From Cyanophora paradoxa CCMP329 (taxonomy: Eukaryota; Plantae; Glaucophyta): 64,000 bases of DNA. The stretch is from assembly GCA_004431415.1 (NCBI GenBank), contig QPMI01000168.1:162477-226476 (forward strand). The letters are read 5' to 3'. Numbering within the stretch: the first letter of the stretch is position 1; each line of letters begins with the position of its first letter. Below, piece after piece: positions 1 through 13,306 of this stretch. Both the position numbers and the translations under genes were made by a program. The notes beneath the pieces were generated by a model that was not told the DNA's origin, ran no database searches, and saw nothing but the letters and a program-made list of their open reading frames with translations.

Positions 1-521
1 GGTGCAGCGCCGATCCAGCAACAGCATCAGCAACAGGACAATCTCGCTCTCTGGTGCGAGAGGCAGCTGCGGGACCTGAGGTGTGTTCCACTACACACTT
101 CTGCCTTTGCGATTCTTGCCTTAAAGTTCCTCGGAACCAGGCTGGACATTGATACGGAGACTTTGCTATCTATTTTTTCAACTGAGATGTCTGATGGCGA
201 GATGCGAGATTACCTCCGTGACATCCTTGGGGAGTCTTTGGGCACTCGAAATGTCCGCCGCTTTTCGTTATTGTCATCTCCTCCACCAACTCTGTTCCGC
301 AGTTCGCAGAAGAGTTTATCCAGCGTTGGCGATTGACTCCGATTCCGAAGGCTGGCTCTCCTCAAGCTAGCAGCCTGTCAGGCTTCTCAACCCAGGCGAA
401 GGCAAAGGGCAAGAAGGGGAAGACAAAGGCCGTCCCACTCGCTCTCTCTTTTTCGGTCGCGAGTGAAAATAGGCCTAACCGAGGGGAGATCGTAGGCAGC
501 AGTAGCTCCCTGCACCCGTGA
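1..521 (+). CDS. 3' end of GIGYF/EXA1-like (GYF-family) translational repressor; 5' part outside window
   Basis: Spliced reading gives WCERQLRDL...EMRDYLRDILGE...FAEEFIQRW...KGKKGKTKAVPLALSFSVASENRPNRGEI, resembling the conserved GIGYF/EXA1 C-terminus. The GYF domain itself is not in the window. Confidence 0.6.
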
Positions 522-719
522 ATCAGTCCGATTGCATACATTGTGTGCCCACGTGAATCAGTCCGGCGGTCTGTCCATGCATTTTGTTTTGCATGCATTG
601 GTCTGTGCTAACATCTGAGATTGTCGCCGGCTGAGAACTCGGGAAGTGCACGTGACGACTGGGTCATGCACATAGCGCTTGCTTGATGTACGTAGTTGCT
701 TGGCTCAGCGGCTTGTACT

Positions 720-892
720 ACGGCCTGTGATGGTAGGCCCTCCGGATCCATCAGACTTCGGCGGGGGCCCCCCGGGCCCCTAGGCCTTCGGGGGTGCACT
801 TTATCGAATTCATCAGATGGGGTCCCCCGGCCCCTTTGGCACCGGTGCCGGCGCCCAGGTGGGTTACCCTCTTTAAAATTTCCCTCACAGGC
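720..892. repeat. Diverged copy A of a dispersed intergenic repeat family
   Basis: Shares ordered blocks GGCCTGT, CATCAGA-GGGG, GC-rich hairpin, GGGTTAC, TCTTTA, TTTCCC, ACAG with copies at 4972 and 13120; bounded by the inverted pair GCCTGTGA/TCACAGGC. Confidence 0.5.
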
Positions 893-1411
893 GCTGTCCC
901 GCACAACCTCGTACCGTAGTTTTAGAGAAAGTCGTAGGGATCTGGGAGAGCTTTAGGAAATGAAATTGAAAAGGAAATCCAACCAAATTGCCAACATGGG
1001 CCGCCCTGCGCGCCCATAGCTTGAGAAAGAGCAGTAGAGAGTAGCAAGATGGCCCTTGCCGGTTGCCTGCAAGCATGTGTCTACATCATGTGCAGCTGCT
1101 AGCTGCTAGCTGCTGCAAGCATGTGTGCATACAAGCAATGCTGCTAGCTTACATCATGCGTCTACGCTGAACGCATGTACACCCGCCTGAACTCGAACAC
1201 ACGTGTACCCCCCACCCCGCAAAGGCAGTATCTCCTGGTGCCCCAACTCGACGAGATTCAACACACGCTGGCCCAGTTCCACAGGGGGTGCACTACCTCC
1301 TTGGGGCCTCCAGGAATTTCGGCTGGCTCGCATTGCATCCGCACCGGTAGTCCTGGCTGACCCATCGTTGTATCCAGCTTGTCCAGAGCTCCAAAGCAAA
1401 TTGCCCCATCC

Positions 1412-3492
1412 TTACATTCTTGAGAGCCTCTCATGCAGACGCTGGTAGAGCTCCATCTGGAACACGGATGCAGGCGTCGGATAAAACCCCATAACGTCAG
1501 GTCCAGACAAACCTGCTGAGATGCAGGCAACCTCATGATTTTGTTAAGGAGGCTTGTCACATCAATTGTTGAACTCCGAATGAATGTCAGGTGATATACG
1601 TAAGCAAAGAGCCCTGCAATACTGAATTTAAGCGAGCAATGATGCAAGGTGTGACGAAAGGCACCCGTAATGAATTGGCCTGCGAGTCCACGTCAGAATT
1701 TCATAGCAATAAGCCAGCATAAACACGCACAGTCCATCCGATCTGTGATTCCCCCATGGCCTGGAATCGTCCCGGAGAAGTCCTTCAGCTTGAACGCCCG
1801 CTTGAAGCCACTTGCGAAGAACCCCCCAAATGGAGCAACGATGGATGCAAAGAATGCGAAGATCAACGAGTGAAGTTGGATGGGTAGCACGGTAAGCGTT
1901 GCCCTGTGTTGTCCAAGCTACCGAGTTGCTTAGCGCCAGCATCGAACCTGAAGAAAGAAACAGAACAAGCTTTACCACATGAGACATGAATGCAGGAAGA
2001 CGATACTGTTGGGGCGAGAAGATGGAGTCTGGGTCGCAATGGATGGTGTCTGACAGGAAATCCTGGCAAGCGAAGGTGAGACGAGACAATTCAACAAAGC
2101 CAAGGCGTCGAACCGGCCGAGGGCAGATCATCCAGTCAAATTGAGTGAGGAACTTGGCCCAAAAGAACCCAAAAATCAAGGTAGAGATCATTCCACCAAT
2201 GAAGCCCTCCCAGGTCTTCTTAGGAGAAAGCTTTATCAACTGCAATCACATGAGCATCCATTGTTGGAGACAGACGCAGATATTCAGACCGGGTGGCGAC
2301 CCAAGAAGTAGCCGAACAGGTACGCTGCATGCACCATGGGCATGTTTTGAGGTCGAAAAAGAAAGCAGGCGGACCCGTGATATCATTCATGATGACCAGA
2401 CTTGCAGGCAACACAAACCAGATGAGGCCCTCGTACACATTGTTGATCCTGTCATGGGGCCAATGAGCTCATGGTGGAATAGCGCTCGACATGATGCACA
2501 CATGAAGTTCGATTGGACGACAACAATGAGTAGCACCATATGAATCCAAGCAAACTGCTGGAATTGATATCTAACTACGGGTGAGCCAACCAGAGAAAAA
2601 GGCCGAGATAAGAAAACATACTTGTAGGTGTTCTCGTCCCGAAGACTCCAGACGAACGCCATAAACCCTGCAATGGGTACGTTCAAAAACTAAACTTTAC
2701 CATGACTGCACTGCACGCAAACATACCGCACACGTAGAGGGCGAAGGAGATGAAAAAATGGTACCGCACGAGCGGGACAATGGGAATCTTCAGCGACGTG
2801 GACGCAAGTATGTACTTCTCCACGTATCCAAGAGCGCCCTTCCCGTAAACGAAGAAAAGACAGGTAGCTAAGAAGTACCTGGGGAGGGCAATCGTTCGAT
2901 TGAAAGCGCGTAAGAGCGAGAGAAAAAGAACCCGCACCAGTGAATCGTCTTGAAATATGGTATTCTCCTTTCCTGCTTCTTGATCACAGCGCATTTAAGG
3001 CCTATGATTTCCTTGAAGGAGAGGATCTGAATCCCAATGACCAGCGCCGCAACTGGCGACGGTGCGGTGTGGGAACGGAGAGGGAGCCGAATGCGCGACC
3101 GCGAGCCCATACCGTATACGTGACCAGCGTACAAGATGAGGAAGAAAGCGACGATCATGAGGAACGTGCTCGCGGACCGGACTGCGAAGTTCCGGAGCTT
3201 GGAGGGCTGTCTTGCGGACGATGCCGCCATTGGCTGGGCAGCCGAGCCGCCGTATCCGCCATTGGAAGTGCGGACGGGGGAGTTAGCACCAGCGCGCGGA
3301 ACGGCTGCGTCCCGGTCAGACCGATCCCTGTCACCGGCGGGATTCGCCCTCCTCCGAGCGCGCGAACTGCGCGTACGTTATACGCGGCGCAGAGTCTGCG
3401 TGCGGGGACGGCAGCCGGTCGCACCGCTGGGGGCTGGCTGATTGCTCTCTCTCGCTGCTCGCCGTACGACCCGGGTTGCGTCGCCCGGCCAT
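1412..3492 (-). CDS. CDS1: Phosphatidate cytidylyltransferase (CDP-diacylglycerol synthase), multi-exon
   Basis: Exons encode [65 protein letters not shown] and [17 protein letters not shown]. Start (MAGRRNPG) and stop are approximate. Confidence 0.93.
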
Positions 3493-3718
3493 CCCGCGGT
3501 TGCTGCGAGCTCTGTAGGCGCGCCCAGAGCGACGCAGCCGACTCAGGAGGGCACTGCACTTGTACCCCCAACACACCCCTGGGCCCTGTCACTCACTGTC
3601 ACTCAGGCACACTGACGCAGCGTCCACAGCACACGCAGGCACATCGGCACTGCAGTTTAGCTGCACCCGGAGCGAATACGGTACTCTACGTTGCACCGCT
3701 CCGATTCTAGCGGCGACG

Positions 3719-4885
3719 ATGTTTGCGGCGCCGGCGGCCCTCGCCGGCCCCGCGCGCATCATTCCTGGATGCGTTGGGGACCGTATCACCTGTGACGTTG
3801 ATGTCACGCGGCGGCGGCCCTCCGCAACGAAGTCCCCCATGTTGATCGGACATATCTCCTCCCCGTCACAGGCCGCGCTGTCTCGCGCCGGGCCGCCGAT
3901 CTTTATGGCCGCTAGGCGGCAAGCGGACACGGGAGACGGATCCGAAGACCCCAGCCAAGCGCAGCCGGCGCTGCGGACCCGGTCCGGCAAAGGAGAGGGC
4001 CGACAGCTGCCCCTGCGGGTTGAGGAGGGAGGCCGTGCGAGTCCGAGTAAACCTGCGCGGCGCTTAGTCGAAACTCCGCCTCAGCGCGAGGACCTGCTGG
4101 ATTTGGGTCTCACGTTGGAAGATCTCCCGACTCCGCTGCGGCGGGTGGAGCGCTCCAAAGTTGTCTTGGAGAGCGAGGATTTCCTCGAGGAAACAGCCGG
4201 ACTGCTGAACCTGTGAGTTCGATCCTCCGCATGTGCATCACTGTTAATTTCAAACTGGATTGCAGGTCGCCAGACGCGTTCCCGCGCGCGCTGCGCTCGC
4301 GCCTCTTGAGAGTGGAGAAGAACCGGCCGGATGAGCCAATCGTACAGTTCCTGCTTTCGACCGGAATAGACCGACACGATCTGAATGAAATGCTCGAGGC
4401 CTACCCTCGTTTATTGAAAGTCAAAGTCACGGACGCGCTTCAACAGGTGCTTCTGCGAGCTCACTAACACTTGCAACTCGACAAATGCGCTGACCCCCTG
4501 TGCAGAAAGTGGACTTCCTTTTCGTTCAGCTCAAGATGGGCCCTGAAGAGCTTGTGGAGTAAGCCCATCACAAATTCTTGGCGTTGACCCCGTCCTGGCT
4601 TACACGGAATTGCAGATTTCCGCAGTATTTGACATATGATCTGAACACAAGGATCCACCCGAGACACGCTTTCTTGTCTATAACACGCCTACGAGAACGG
4701 TTCTTCAGACCAAGACTTGCAACATGGGTGAGTCCTTCTGTCTTATCATCGCAACGAGTCTGATGCATTTGCAGATTACGCCGAGTGATCCTCGCTTTGC
4801 GCAGCACGTTGCGAAGCGCACAGTCGAGGAGTACTCGCTCTTCCTCTCCGAGTTTCTGGCCAGCATTGAAGGAAAGCAATTCTGA
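3719..4885 (+). CDS. mTERF-family protein, probably organelle-targeted
   Basis: EAYPRLLK...KVDFLFVQLKM...FPQYLTYDLNTRIHPRHAFL...SDPRF resembles plant-type mTERF repeats; Ala/Ser/Arg-rich N-terminus MFAAPAAL; GT-AG introns. Confidence 0.75.
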
Positions 4886-4971
4886 ATTAGGATCCAGTGC
4901 TGATGTGTATTCAAAATTTCACATAATATTTTTTTACGATTACGATTACGTTTCCGCTAGCTGCTATTAGA

Positions 4972-5152
4972 CGTAGAGGCCTGTAGGTGGCCACACCTCC
5001 CTTTTCAGTCGGACGGGGCACCCCTCCCTTCGGGGGCTCCAGCGGGTTACGTTCTTTATTTTCCCGAACAGTACAGGTATCTGTTTCAAGCGCAAGGAGG
5101 ATTCTGCGCGCGGTGGCGCCCGTGGCATGGAAAGAGCAATTCTAAATGTGAT
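4972..5152. repeat. Copy B of dispersed intergenic repeat family
   Basis: Clearly similar to 13120-13306 over ~120 bp (cgtagaggcctgtag.tggcc.cacctccc...gggttacg.tctttattttcccgaacag.ac.ggt.tctgttt.aagcg), weaker beyond. Confidence 0.8.
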
Positions 5153-5524
5153 TTTGGCGCCTCTGAGATGCACTCGAGGCGAGCTCCTGCACGTCCCCGC
5201 CGTGCCCGCCCACCGAACCCCCCCCCCCCCCCCCCCTCCTCCTCAGAAAACACCTGTACCCAGGCTGGACTTGGCAGCGGCCTTGGCAGCCTTGAAGCCG
5301 TGGCGCCCGGCGCTGCCTGGCACGCTGGCAACGTCGAAGCTGCATAGCGTTTGGATTTGAAGTCAGCGCATACGTCGGCATCGTCGGCATTGGCATCTAG
5401 CTCGATATCGACCGCACAATCTGGCATCGCGCGGACGCTGAGCGACATCGAAAACCCTCTCTTGACGCGTTCAATCTCCCGCATACCACGGCGCACATCG
5501 GCAGCGCCGGCCGCGGCGGGCCGG

Positions 5525-6974
5525 ATGGCCGCCGCCACGCTTCCGACATCAAGCTCGCTGTGCAGTGCGTCGGCACCGGCCCGCGTTTCAATACGCGTCC
5601 TTGTAGTCAATGCGCACGCAGACTTGCCCCAGAGGAGGCCCCGTTCGTGCAGATCGAGCGGGTCTGCGCTGTGTGTGCGCGGCAGATCAGCAAGTACGCG
5701 TGTCCTCGCTGCAACATTCGGTATTGCTCCATCCAGTGCTACAAGGTGAATTTATTTCCATACATTCCCAGAACGCGCTCACAAAACGTCAGGGGCACTC
5801 AGGCCGTTGCGTGTCCGAGTTTGCGAACGAACAGGCTAAGGCAAGTCTCCAGGGCCAACGCGCAGATGACGCTTCAGCTCGCGAGGTGCAAATTTCGTGA
5901 GAAACCTCCGTGGTATATCTGATGCGAAGCAGATATTGGAAATTCTGCGTCGAATGCCGCTCGATGACTCGGACGGCTCGGATGCAGAGGATGACGAAGG
6001 CGGCGTCAAAGAAGATGTGCTGAAACGTCTTTCACAGCAGCTTTCAACGGGTGTGCTCGCCGTTCACGCAGCAGGCTGGCGGTTGCAAACTTTTCATGTG
6101 CAGGGGCTTCTGCTGAGGAAGTTCTTGCGGGGATGCCAGAAGAGTTGGTCAAAGAATTCCAGCAGAGTTTAGCAAATGGAGAGCTGTCGGAACACGTCGA
6201 GCTTTGGAAACCCTTCTGGAGCCCTGAGATTGCTGTGAGGGTCTCAGCTTACCTCTGTTGTCTTTTGGCTGCTCACTTCTGCTGAACAGATTCGTGATAT
6301 TCCTCAAGTTGTGGGCGCTCCTCCTGAAATTCAGTCTCTGACCAAGGTTGAGCCCTCGAGCGAGCTCAAGTACCATGCAGTTAATGTCATGTACGTAAAT
6401 TTGAGACCATATGAAACCGCAGTTGTGTAATCTGAAAAGGTGGCCCTCAGTTATGCCTACGCAAGTACATGTCGATATTACAATGGCGCCTGGAGGGATG
6501 ACTCTGTGAATGCCGCTGCAACATTCATGCAAATCGCAAGAGTTGTCAGCGAAAACGCTCAATATCAATCTCTCGTTGATGCCCTGGACGGCTCTGTATC
6601 GCAGGCCATGCAGGTACATTAAAGCTCGTCTTGTTCCTTTTCAGTCCTGCATATCCTCTCTGATGGAAGTTTATTCAACGCCCCAGCCAAGCCCCGGATT
6701 CCCTCGGAAAGCAGCGATTGCGCTCGTCAGGGACGTTTTTGATATACTCTCGTCGAAAGAATTTGTCGATGCTGCTTTCTTCGACTCTTGCGGCATCCTT
6801 GATGCTGGGGTCAACGAAATGAAGAACACCCTATCAAAAGGAGAGTGCCGGCCCCTCAAGCAGGCAAGAGCAAAGCTCATGTTTTTCCGGTCCTGGTTCA
6901 GAGCCAAAGCAGACGATTTATTGCTTCTTAGGACCGATGTAGGACAATACCTGTGTACTTGGAATCATACTTGA
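5525..6974 (+). CDS. ZNHIT2: HIT zinc-finger protein (ZNHIT2-like)
   Basis: CAVC...YACPRCNIRYCSIQCYK-HSGRC zf-HIT motif, then acidic linker, ALSYAY...RYYNG and KLMFFRSW. ATG 5525 joins the zinc-finger frame through intron 5560-5621. 3' end approximate. Confidence 0.8.
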
Positions 6975-7557
6975 AAGTCCAACCCCGTCCGACGATCCAA
7001 CCTGAAATCGGAAGTCCAGCCAAGTCCCCTGGCCCGGTCCCACGTGCACGCGTACGGACATTTCCAGTATGCGCATGCATGTGCATACGGGGGGTGCCAG
7101 GGTGCGGCATCACGGCATCGTGTCTAGATCTCAGAGTCTCGGGGCAGCGCAGCGGGGCCTAGGCGGTCTGCAGCTGGTGCTGCCAGGCTGGTGCCCGCCA
7201 GCTATACGCTAGCGCTAGCGCTGGAGGTGAAGGAGAACGCTCAGCGGCTTCTGCGAACTATCATAGTATCAAGTGTATAATCTACACTAATGCGCAACTT
7301 GGCAACGGCAGCATGGAGACATTTGAGGCAGCATGCGCAACGTTAACGCCCGGGCTACAAGCTAATGTGGATCCGGATTGCATACAGTGCGCCGAACAGT
7401 GGGCTGCAGCTGGCCATGGAGCGAACATTCGACCGCTTGCAATTGTGTACCCCCAGCTCGCGCCCCAGTGGCCCCGCGGCTTTAGAGCGAGAGTAGCGCT
7501 CAAGAGTAGCGCGTTTTGTTAGCTAAAAGCGCTTGGGCGCTCCTTTCGTTAGCTGCC

Positions 7558-10500
7558 ATGGAGAGCGCCGACGCTGATCGGCCACGGCGACCGGTGCTGC
7601 GGACGCACTTCGAGGTCGGAAGCACTCTGTCTATGTTCTACACGGGTGGAAGAGTGCGTCGCTTGCAACTCTTGTCTCGCGCGGGGCGGCTGAGTTTTGC
7701 GGCAGGTTGCTGTGCTTCCCAGCGAAGACGCGCTTGCGTGCCCCTGCGCGGAGAAGATTAAGATCGTCGATCTCGAGACCGGAGACGTTCGCGTATCGCT
7801 AGCTGGGGTGAGACCTGGCACTCTGTTCTCGCGATAGTCAGCGCTAGCTGCCCACGTGCGACTCGCGCCCAGGACTCGGAGGTCATCACGGCACTGGCAA
7901 TTCATCCAAGCGGGTTAATCGCAGCGGGTGCCAGCCGCTCTCTGCAGCTGTACGTGTGGGACCTGGAGACGGGTGCTCAGAAGCGCGTGTTTCGGGTGCG
8001 CTTGCCGTGCTGCGTACGCTGGGTCAGCGCACCTGGGAGAATGCGAGAGGCCGCAGGCTCACGAGGGGAATGTCGTCACTGCAATGGAGTTCGATTCGAC
8101 TGGCCACTACCTTTGCACAGGCGCCGCTGACGGGACAGTACGCGTTTGGGATTCTGAGGGCTGGTATTGCACGCATCAGTTCAAAGGCCACCGTGCGGTG
8201 ATCACGCGCATCTTGTTCCACCCGGATCCGCATCGGTACATGGTCATCACTGGCGCTGAGGATGGGTCTCTGCGTTGCTGGGACATGGTTTCAAAGAAGA
8301 GGTACGAGACTCGGCTTCAGCGAGGCTCTCTTTGTCTAAACTAGCTCGCAGCACGAGTTCTGAGCTTGCTGGACACGATTCCGCAATCACGGGCATTGCC
8401 GTCTCTCCCTGTGGATGGCTCTTGGTTTCTGGATCCAGAGACAAAACTATGAACGTCTGGGATCTCCGAAAGTTCCTGCTATTGACATCAGCACCTGTTT
8501 ACGAGGTGAATTGGGGCCACTTGCATCGTCGGCTTTTGCTCACGCTTAGCCCCAGGCTGTTGAAAGCATCCGAGTACTTCCAAGCGACATGCAGATTCGT
8601 GAAAAAGTGGGCGAGAATCGGAAGCCATCGTTCAAAAGCTCAAAGAAGGGCGCCTCATGTAGGTGTGGGCTCTTGTACCATGCATCGCTTGTCACGGGCT
8701 GCAATTCATGTGTCCTCTCGTGCAGTGCATTCGAAGTATTGGTCGTCGGTGATCGAGGAGAGCTTCGGGTTTTCGATCTCCAGCGACAACCTTCAGATTC
8801 GTGGATGGCCACGTCCTGTTTTGTACAGGCGAATAAGATATCGGGCACAGTGTATAAAGATGTAATGTACGCTTTGAGTTTATTTCCTTGGTTGTTGATC
8901 TGTTCCTGTATTCATTTTTTCTCAGCGTGCTCTCGGCAAAGCACCAGATTATCTCTGTTTCAGCAGAGCACAACATCGAAGTGCTCGATTTCCTGGAGGA
9001 AGACCCTGCTTCACAGCGCTTTTCTCTGCGAAAGGTCTTGCTCGGGAACATGGATGAATTGATTGATGTGTGCTACATCGCCTCAAGCAGTTACGTTGCC
9101 GTTGCAACGAACTCTGAGCACGTGCGTCGCTTGCTCGTTTCTTTTTTGTTACATCTTAGAAGTTCGGCAGGTTAAACTTCTTGACCTGAAAACGAGGAAT
9201 TGTCAAGTTCTGGTTGGACACACTGGAATTGTTCTGTCGCTTGCAGTCGCTGTCGATGGGCAGCTTCTGGCATCGGCCGGAAAAGATAACACTGTGCGGG
9301 TGTGGAGTTTGACCAAGGAAGATGCTACAGGCTCGATGCAATCCTGGTGAGTGCTCGAGTGCTCCTGCTGTTACCCAATTGTGATGATGACATGCAACCG
9401 GCTGCAGCAGTGTAGCAATTGGAAACGGCCACACTGCAAGTATTGGCGCCGTCTCCTTCTCGAAGAAGACGAAAAATTTTGTTGCAAGCGTAGCAGAGGA
9501 TCGAACCCTGAAGGTCTGGGACTTGAGGCCTCTGGGTAAGTGCATTACCTTCGATTTTCGGTCAAAACACTATTTTTTATTTTTTACACCCAGCAGCCAA
9601 GCACAAGATCGATAATGCCCCCAACGAACTCCAGCTCAAAGCAGCTGCCACTGTCATTGCGCACAATGGCGACATCAACTGTGTTGCAGTCTCTCCGAAT
9701 GACAAGTTCATCGCAACTGGATCCCAAGACAAGACTGTCAAGGTCAATCTATGTCTTCCTCGTTTGCTGTTTGAATTCTTACCTGATCATGAACTTCTGA
9801 AGATATGGGCGCTGTCAGAAGGCAAGGCCCAATCACTTACACTTGCTGGCACGTGCACCGGCCACAAGCGAACAATATGGAGTGCTGCGTTTTCGCCTGT
9901 CGATCTCTGCTTGGCTTCATCTTCGGGGGACCAGACCATTAAGGTGCCTGTTAAACGTATTGCTGGTTTGTTTGACTGGCGCCCTCACTCGTTGCAGATC
10001 TGGTCATTGACAGACTTCACATGCTTGAAGGTTATCGAACTCCCTCAATCATATTTGCTTTTTCTCATTCCCGACCTGCTGCAGACACTCGAGGGCCACA
10101 CGAACTCAGTCTTGAGATGCTGTTTCATTTCTAGTGGCATGCAGGTAGGATGACACCAGCACAACTTTCCATCGTTGTGTGGTCATTGACGATTCACAGA
10201 TCCTATCCACGTCATCTGACACGCTTGTGAAGCTCTGGAACGTGAAGACATCCGAGTGTGTCTCGACAATGGATGCTCACTCTGACAAAGTGCATTCTAT
10301 TCCACATGTTCCTGTCTGCGTGCTGATTGCTCTTTTTGAACAGATTTGGGCACTGGCGGTGCATGCCAACGAGGAAGAGTTTATCACAGGGGGGTCTGAT
10401 AGCGTCATGAATATATGGGCCGACAAGACAACAGCAGTCGCCGAGGAGAAGACCCGAAATCTGGAAATGAACATTCTGCAGTATGGTTTTTTTCCCTTGG

Positions 10501-11332
10501 CTCCCTCGATTTTGCTGAATCGCCCGCTCAGGGAGCAGCAGTTGGCGAATTTTATCCGTCAAAAGGAGTTCCTGAAGGCTGCAGAGATTGCGTTCAGGCT
10601 TGATCGGGTGCACATCTTGTCGTGGTGGAATGATTCTATCTCTGCTGATGCACTTGCAGCCTCTGCGTTTGTTAGGAGTGTTGGAAAGCCTTCTAGCACA
10701 GTCGGAAGGTACTTGTGTGTCTAGCAATGGCTTGTCGTGATCCCAACAGTGTGCAGGTTCTCTGACGGAATTTCTAGAGCAGCTGTCTGCTGCTCAAGTG
10801 ACGAAAGTCTGTTTACTTCAAGCATTGGAGCGCTCCATCCACTAACATGCCCAAAACAGTTGTTGCACTACATTCGGGACTGGAACACCAGTGCACGGCA
10901 TGCCACAGTTGCACAGGTCTGCCCTCTATTCCATCCCTCGATCTCCTTGCGATTTCAGCTTTCATACAGATGGTGCTGGCCTCGATTCTCCGCTTGTTCC
11001 CTCCAGAAGAGATACTCAAATCCTCCAATTTCACGGAGGTTCTTTTCAGCAAAATGTATTAGAATGCCCGGTTTACACATCTAACGCTCTCCTGCATTCC
11101 CGTGCAGTTGCTTGCAGGATTGATACCGTACACGGAACGACACTTGGCACGTGCCCTGCGTCTCTACAGATCATCATTTCTGCTTGATGGGACCCTGTCA
11201 TCCATGGCAATCCTTGCACCAGAAAGTACCGTATGCACTACACAGTATGGCTGCGAGTCGCATGTGTACTGATATGCCATGTCACAGGCCGAACAGGCAT
11301 CCAAGAAGAGGAAGGTGAGGAGTGGTGACTGA
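7558..11332 (+). CDS. TBL3: Transducin beta-like 3 / UTP13 WD40 SSU processome subunit
   Basis: N-terminal FYTGG, many WD40 repeats (YCTHQFKGH, SGSRDK, GHKRTIWSAAFSPVD) and Utp13 C-terminal domain (EQQLANFI, LLHYIRDWNTSAR, LIPYTERH). Confidence 0.93.
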
Positions 11333-11443
11333 CCGCGAAAACGGAAGAGCTGGAGGCGAACACGGGAGTGGTGCAAGGGAGGGAGGGAAGGAGGGAAGGG
11401 CGCCAGCCCAGGAGATCTACAAGGCCCTAGAGTCAATCAGTGA

Positions 11444-12226
11444 TTATGACAACGCCCCTAAGTAGTCCTCCTTGATCGAGCCGATAGCAAACTGCGGTGG
11501 ATCAGCAAAAAGAATGTAACGTGCGCGTTCCTGGCACGCACAATCTCTGACACATCAACACGGACACCGACAATCTTCAGTCGCACTTCTGTGTCTTTCT
11601 GAATTTTCACTGTCTGATCACCCGAAACATAGCAGGGTGGCGTGCTATGAGGATCGAAAGTCATATCCGTGGGGATGAGCTGTCCGTCGCCATCAGTTAA
11701 TCAGTGCAGCCGATTCTGGGGCGTGCCGCACGCGATTCGACACGAATATTTGCAGCGGCCCCGCGTCCGCGAAGAATCCCATCTTGTTAACCTGTTCCCC
11801 GACGATGGGCGTGACGACTACTGACGCTCAAACGAGAGACAGCGCACTTGGGAAACGACCGCATCGAGGACCTCGCCCTTGAATGGCTTGAAAACGATGG
11901 CGCTATACTTCACCTGCCGCGAATTCGACCTGGTAGCCACAGCGCGAACGGGTGGCGAGAGCGCACGACGAATACTGCGGCGCCGGTGCCCTCGCGCAGC
12001 TTGCCCTCGAGCTTCTCAGCGTTGCGGATCCCAGTCACTACAACCACGAAGCCATAGCGGCCGGAGCATGTCCCCTCCACCTCCCGTACAAGAGCGCCGA
12101 CAAGCTCCTTTTTGAGCTTAGGACCGAAGAGCTTCGGCTCCAGCGTAATCGTTCGCTCGAGCTCGACCTGCAGGCATGTTCACATTGAGCTGCGGGATCG
12201 CGCTCTCCGCGCACGTGAAAGAACAT
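11444..12226 (-). CDS. RPB7: RNA polymerase II subunit RPB7
   Basis: MFFH start; FGPKLK...EVEGTCSGRYGFVVVVT; VFKPFKGEVLDAVV; MGFFADAGPLQIFVS; VRLKIVG; FAIGSIKEDYLG. Confidence 0.95.
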
Positions 12227-12791
12227 CTTCCTGCTATCCCGTCTGGATCTCGACTAGCACGAGCGCGCCGCCGTGAACTTGCGACCTCGGCGCTGAGCGC
12301 GGTGCTGGAGGCTGTCCGCCGCCTGCAGCGGCGCAAGGATGCCGTGCGCTTCGAGAGCAACGTGCCTGTGCGCCTGCGTCCCTGCTCGAAGTGCTTCTAC
12401 GGGTCGTCGCGCAGCTTGAGTCCCTTGTACCCTGGAGAAACCTGCGAGGCTGCATCCGGCGGGCGCGACAGCCACAGTGACAGCGAAATAGCGAGCGAGG
12501 AGAAGAAAGCGATCTGGTAAAGAGCTCTCGATCTGGTGCGCGACCCGAGCACGAGCAAAGCGGCGCGCAGTCGATAGCATCCGCGCAAGGCCGCTGGCGC
12601 GCTAGGAAGTGCAATCTAGAAGCGACGTGCACGTGCACGGAAGCTCTTAGCTACAGAGAGCTCGCGCGAGCCGCCTCCTGCCTCTCAGCGCGCCGCGAGT
12701 TTCTTCTCCGTTTGACGTCGCCTTCGCCCGAATAGATTTCTCGCGCGCCCTTGAATACATTCAGCCTGAGCGCCAAGCTCGAGGCGCAGGA

Positions 12792-13134
12792 ATGAACCGC
12801 GTCGTGCTCGCCAAGGCGCTCGCGCTCTTTGAGGACGTGCTGACCCGCAAGGTGAGCTGCAGTTCGTCAAGAATGCGATCTAGCTTACAGCGTTTGCAGC
12901 TTGTGGAGAGCCCAGCCTTCAGAAGCCTCGTTCATAAATCCAGCGCCAAGATGGAGGAGATAGCGGCTAAATCCGTGAAGGCACCACTGGAGGCACCTGG
13001 AGCCGCGCGGGTGGTGGATGCAGTTAAACAGGTTCGTTTAGCTCGATTGCCTGATCGCTTCATGGCTTCCACTGACACGCACCTTTTCCGTGAAACAGGA
13101 GTTAGAAAGGACGTTCAAGCGTAGAGGCCTGTAG
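12792..13134 (+). CDS. Small three-exon protein, possibly MRX7/NCBP2AS2-like
   Basis: Two GT-AG introns give MNRVVLAK...LTRK-LVESPAFRSLVHKSS...VKQ-ELERTFKRRGL*. The family guess rests only on the L..SP.F...V motif. Confidence 0.55.
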
Positions 13135-13306
13135 CTGGCCGCACCTCCCTTTCCCATCAGACGGGGCGCCCCTCCCCTCGGGGGCCCGCGCGGGTTACGC
13201 TCTTTATTTTCCCGAACAGCACGGGTGTCTGTTTTAAGCGAGGTGGAGTCCTGCTTGAGGCGTAGAAAGAGCAGGTTCGGTGGAAAGAGCGATTTTCCCT
13301 GTAACA
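13120..13306. repeat. Copy C of dispersed intergenic repeat family, overlapping the last codons of the upstream small gene
   Basis: Direct similarity to 4972-5152. Confidence 0.8.

Noticed and set aside
808-818. CTGATGA on the minus strand as a hammerhead ribozyme core
   Set aside because: No stem II plus GAAA follows, and the motif is not conserved in the other repeat copies.
5086-5610. 174-aa minus-strand ORF
   Set aside because: Non-ATG start, overlaps ZNHIT2 exon 1, crosses a homopolymer tract and the repeat; no recognisable motif.
12234-12638. ORFs between RPB7 and the small gene
   Set aside because: No consistent exon structure or motif; likely a divergent promoter/UTR region.
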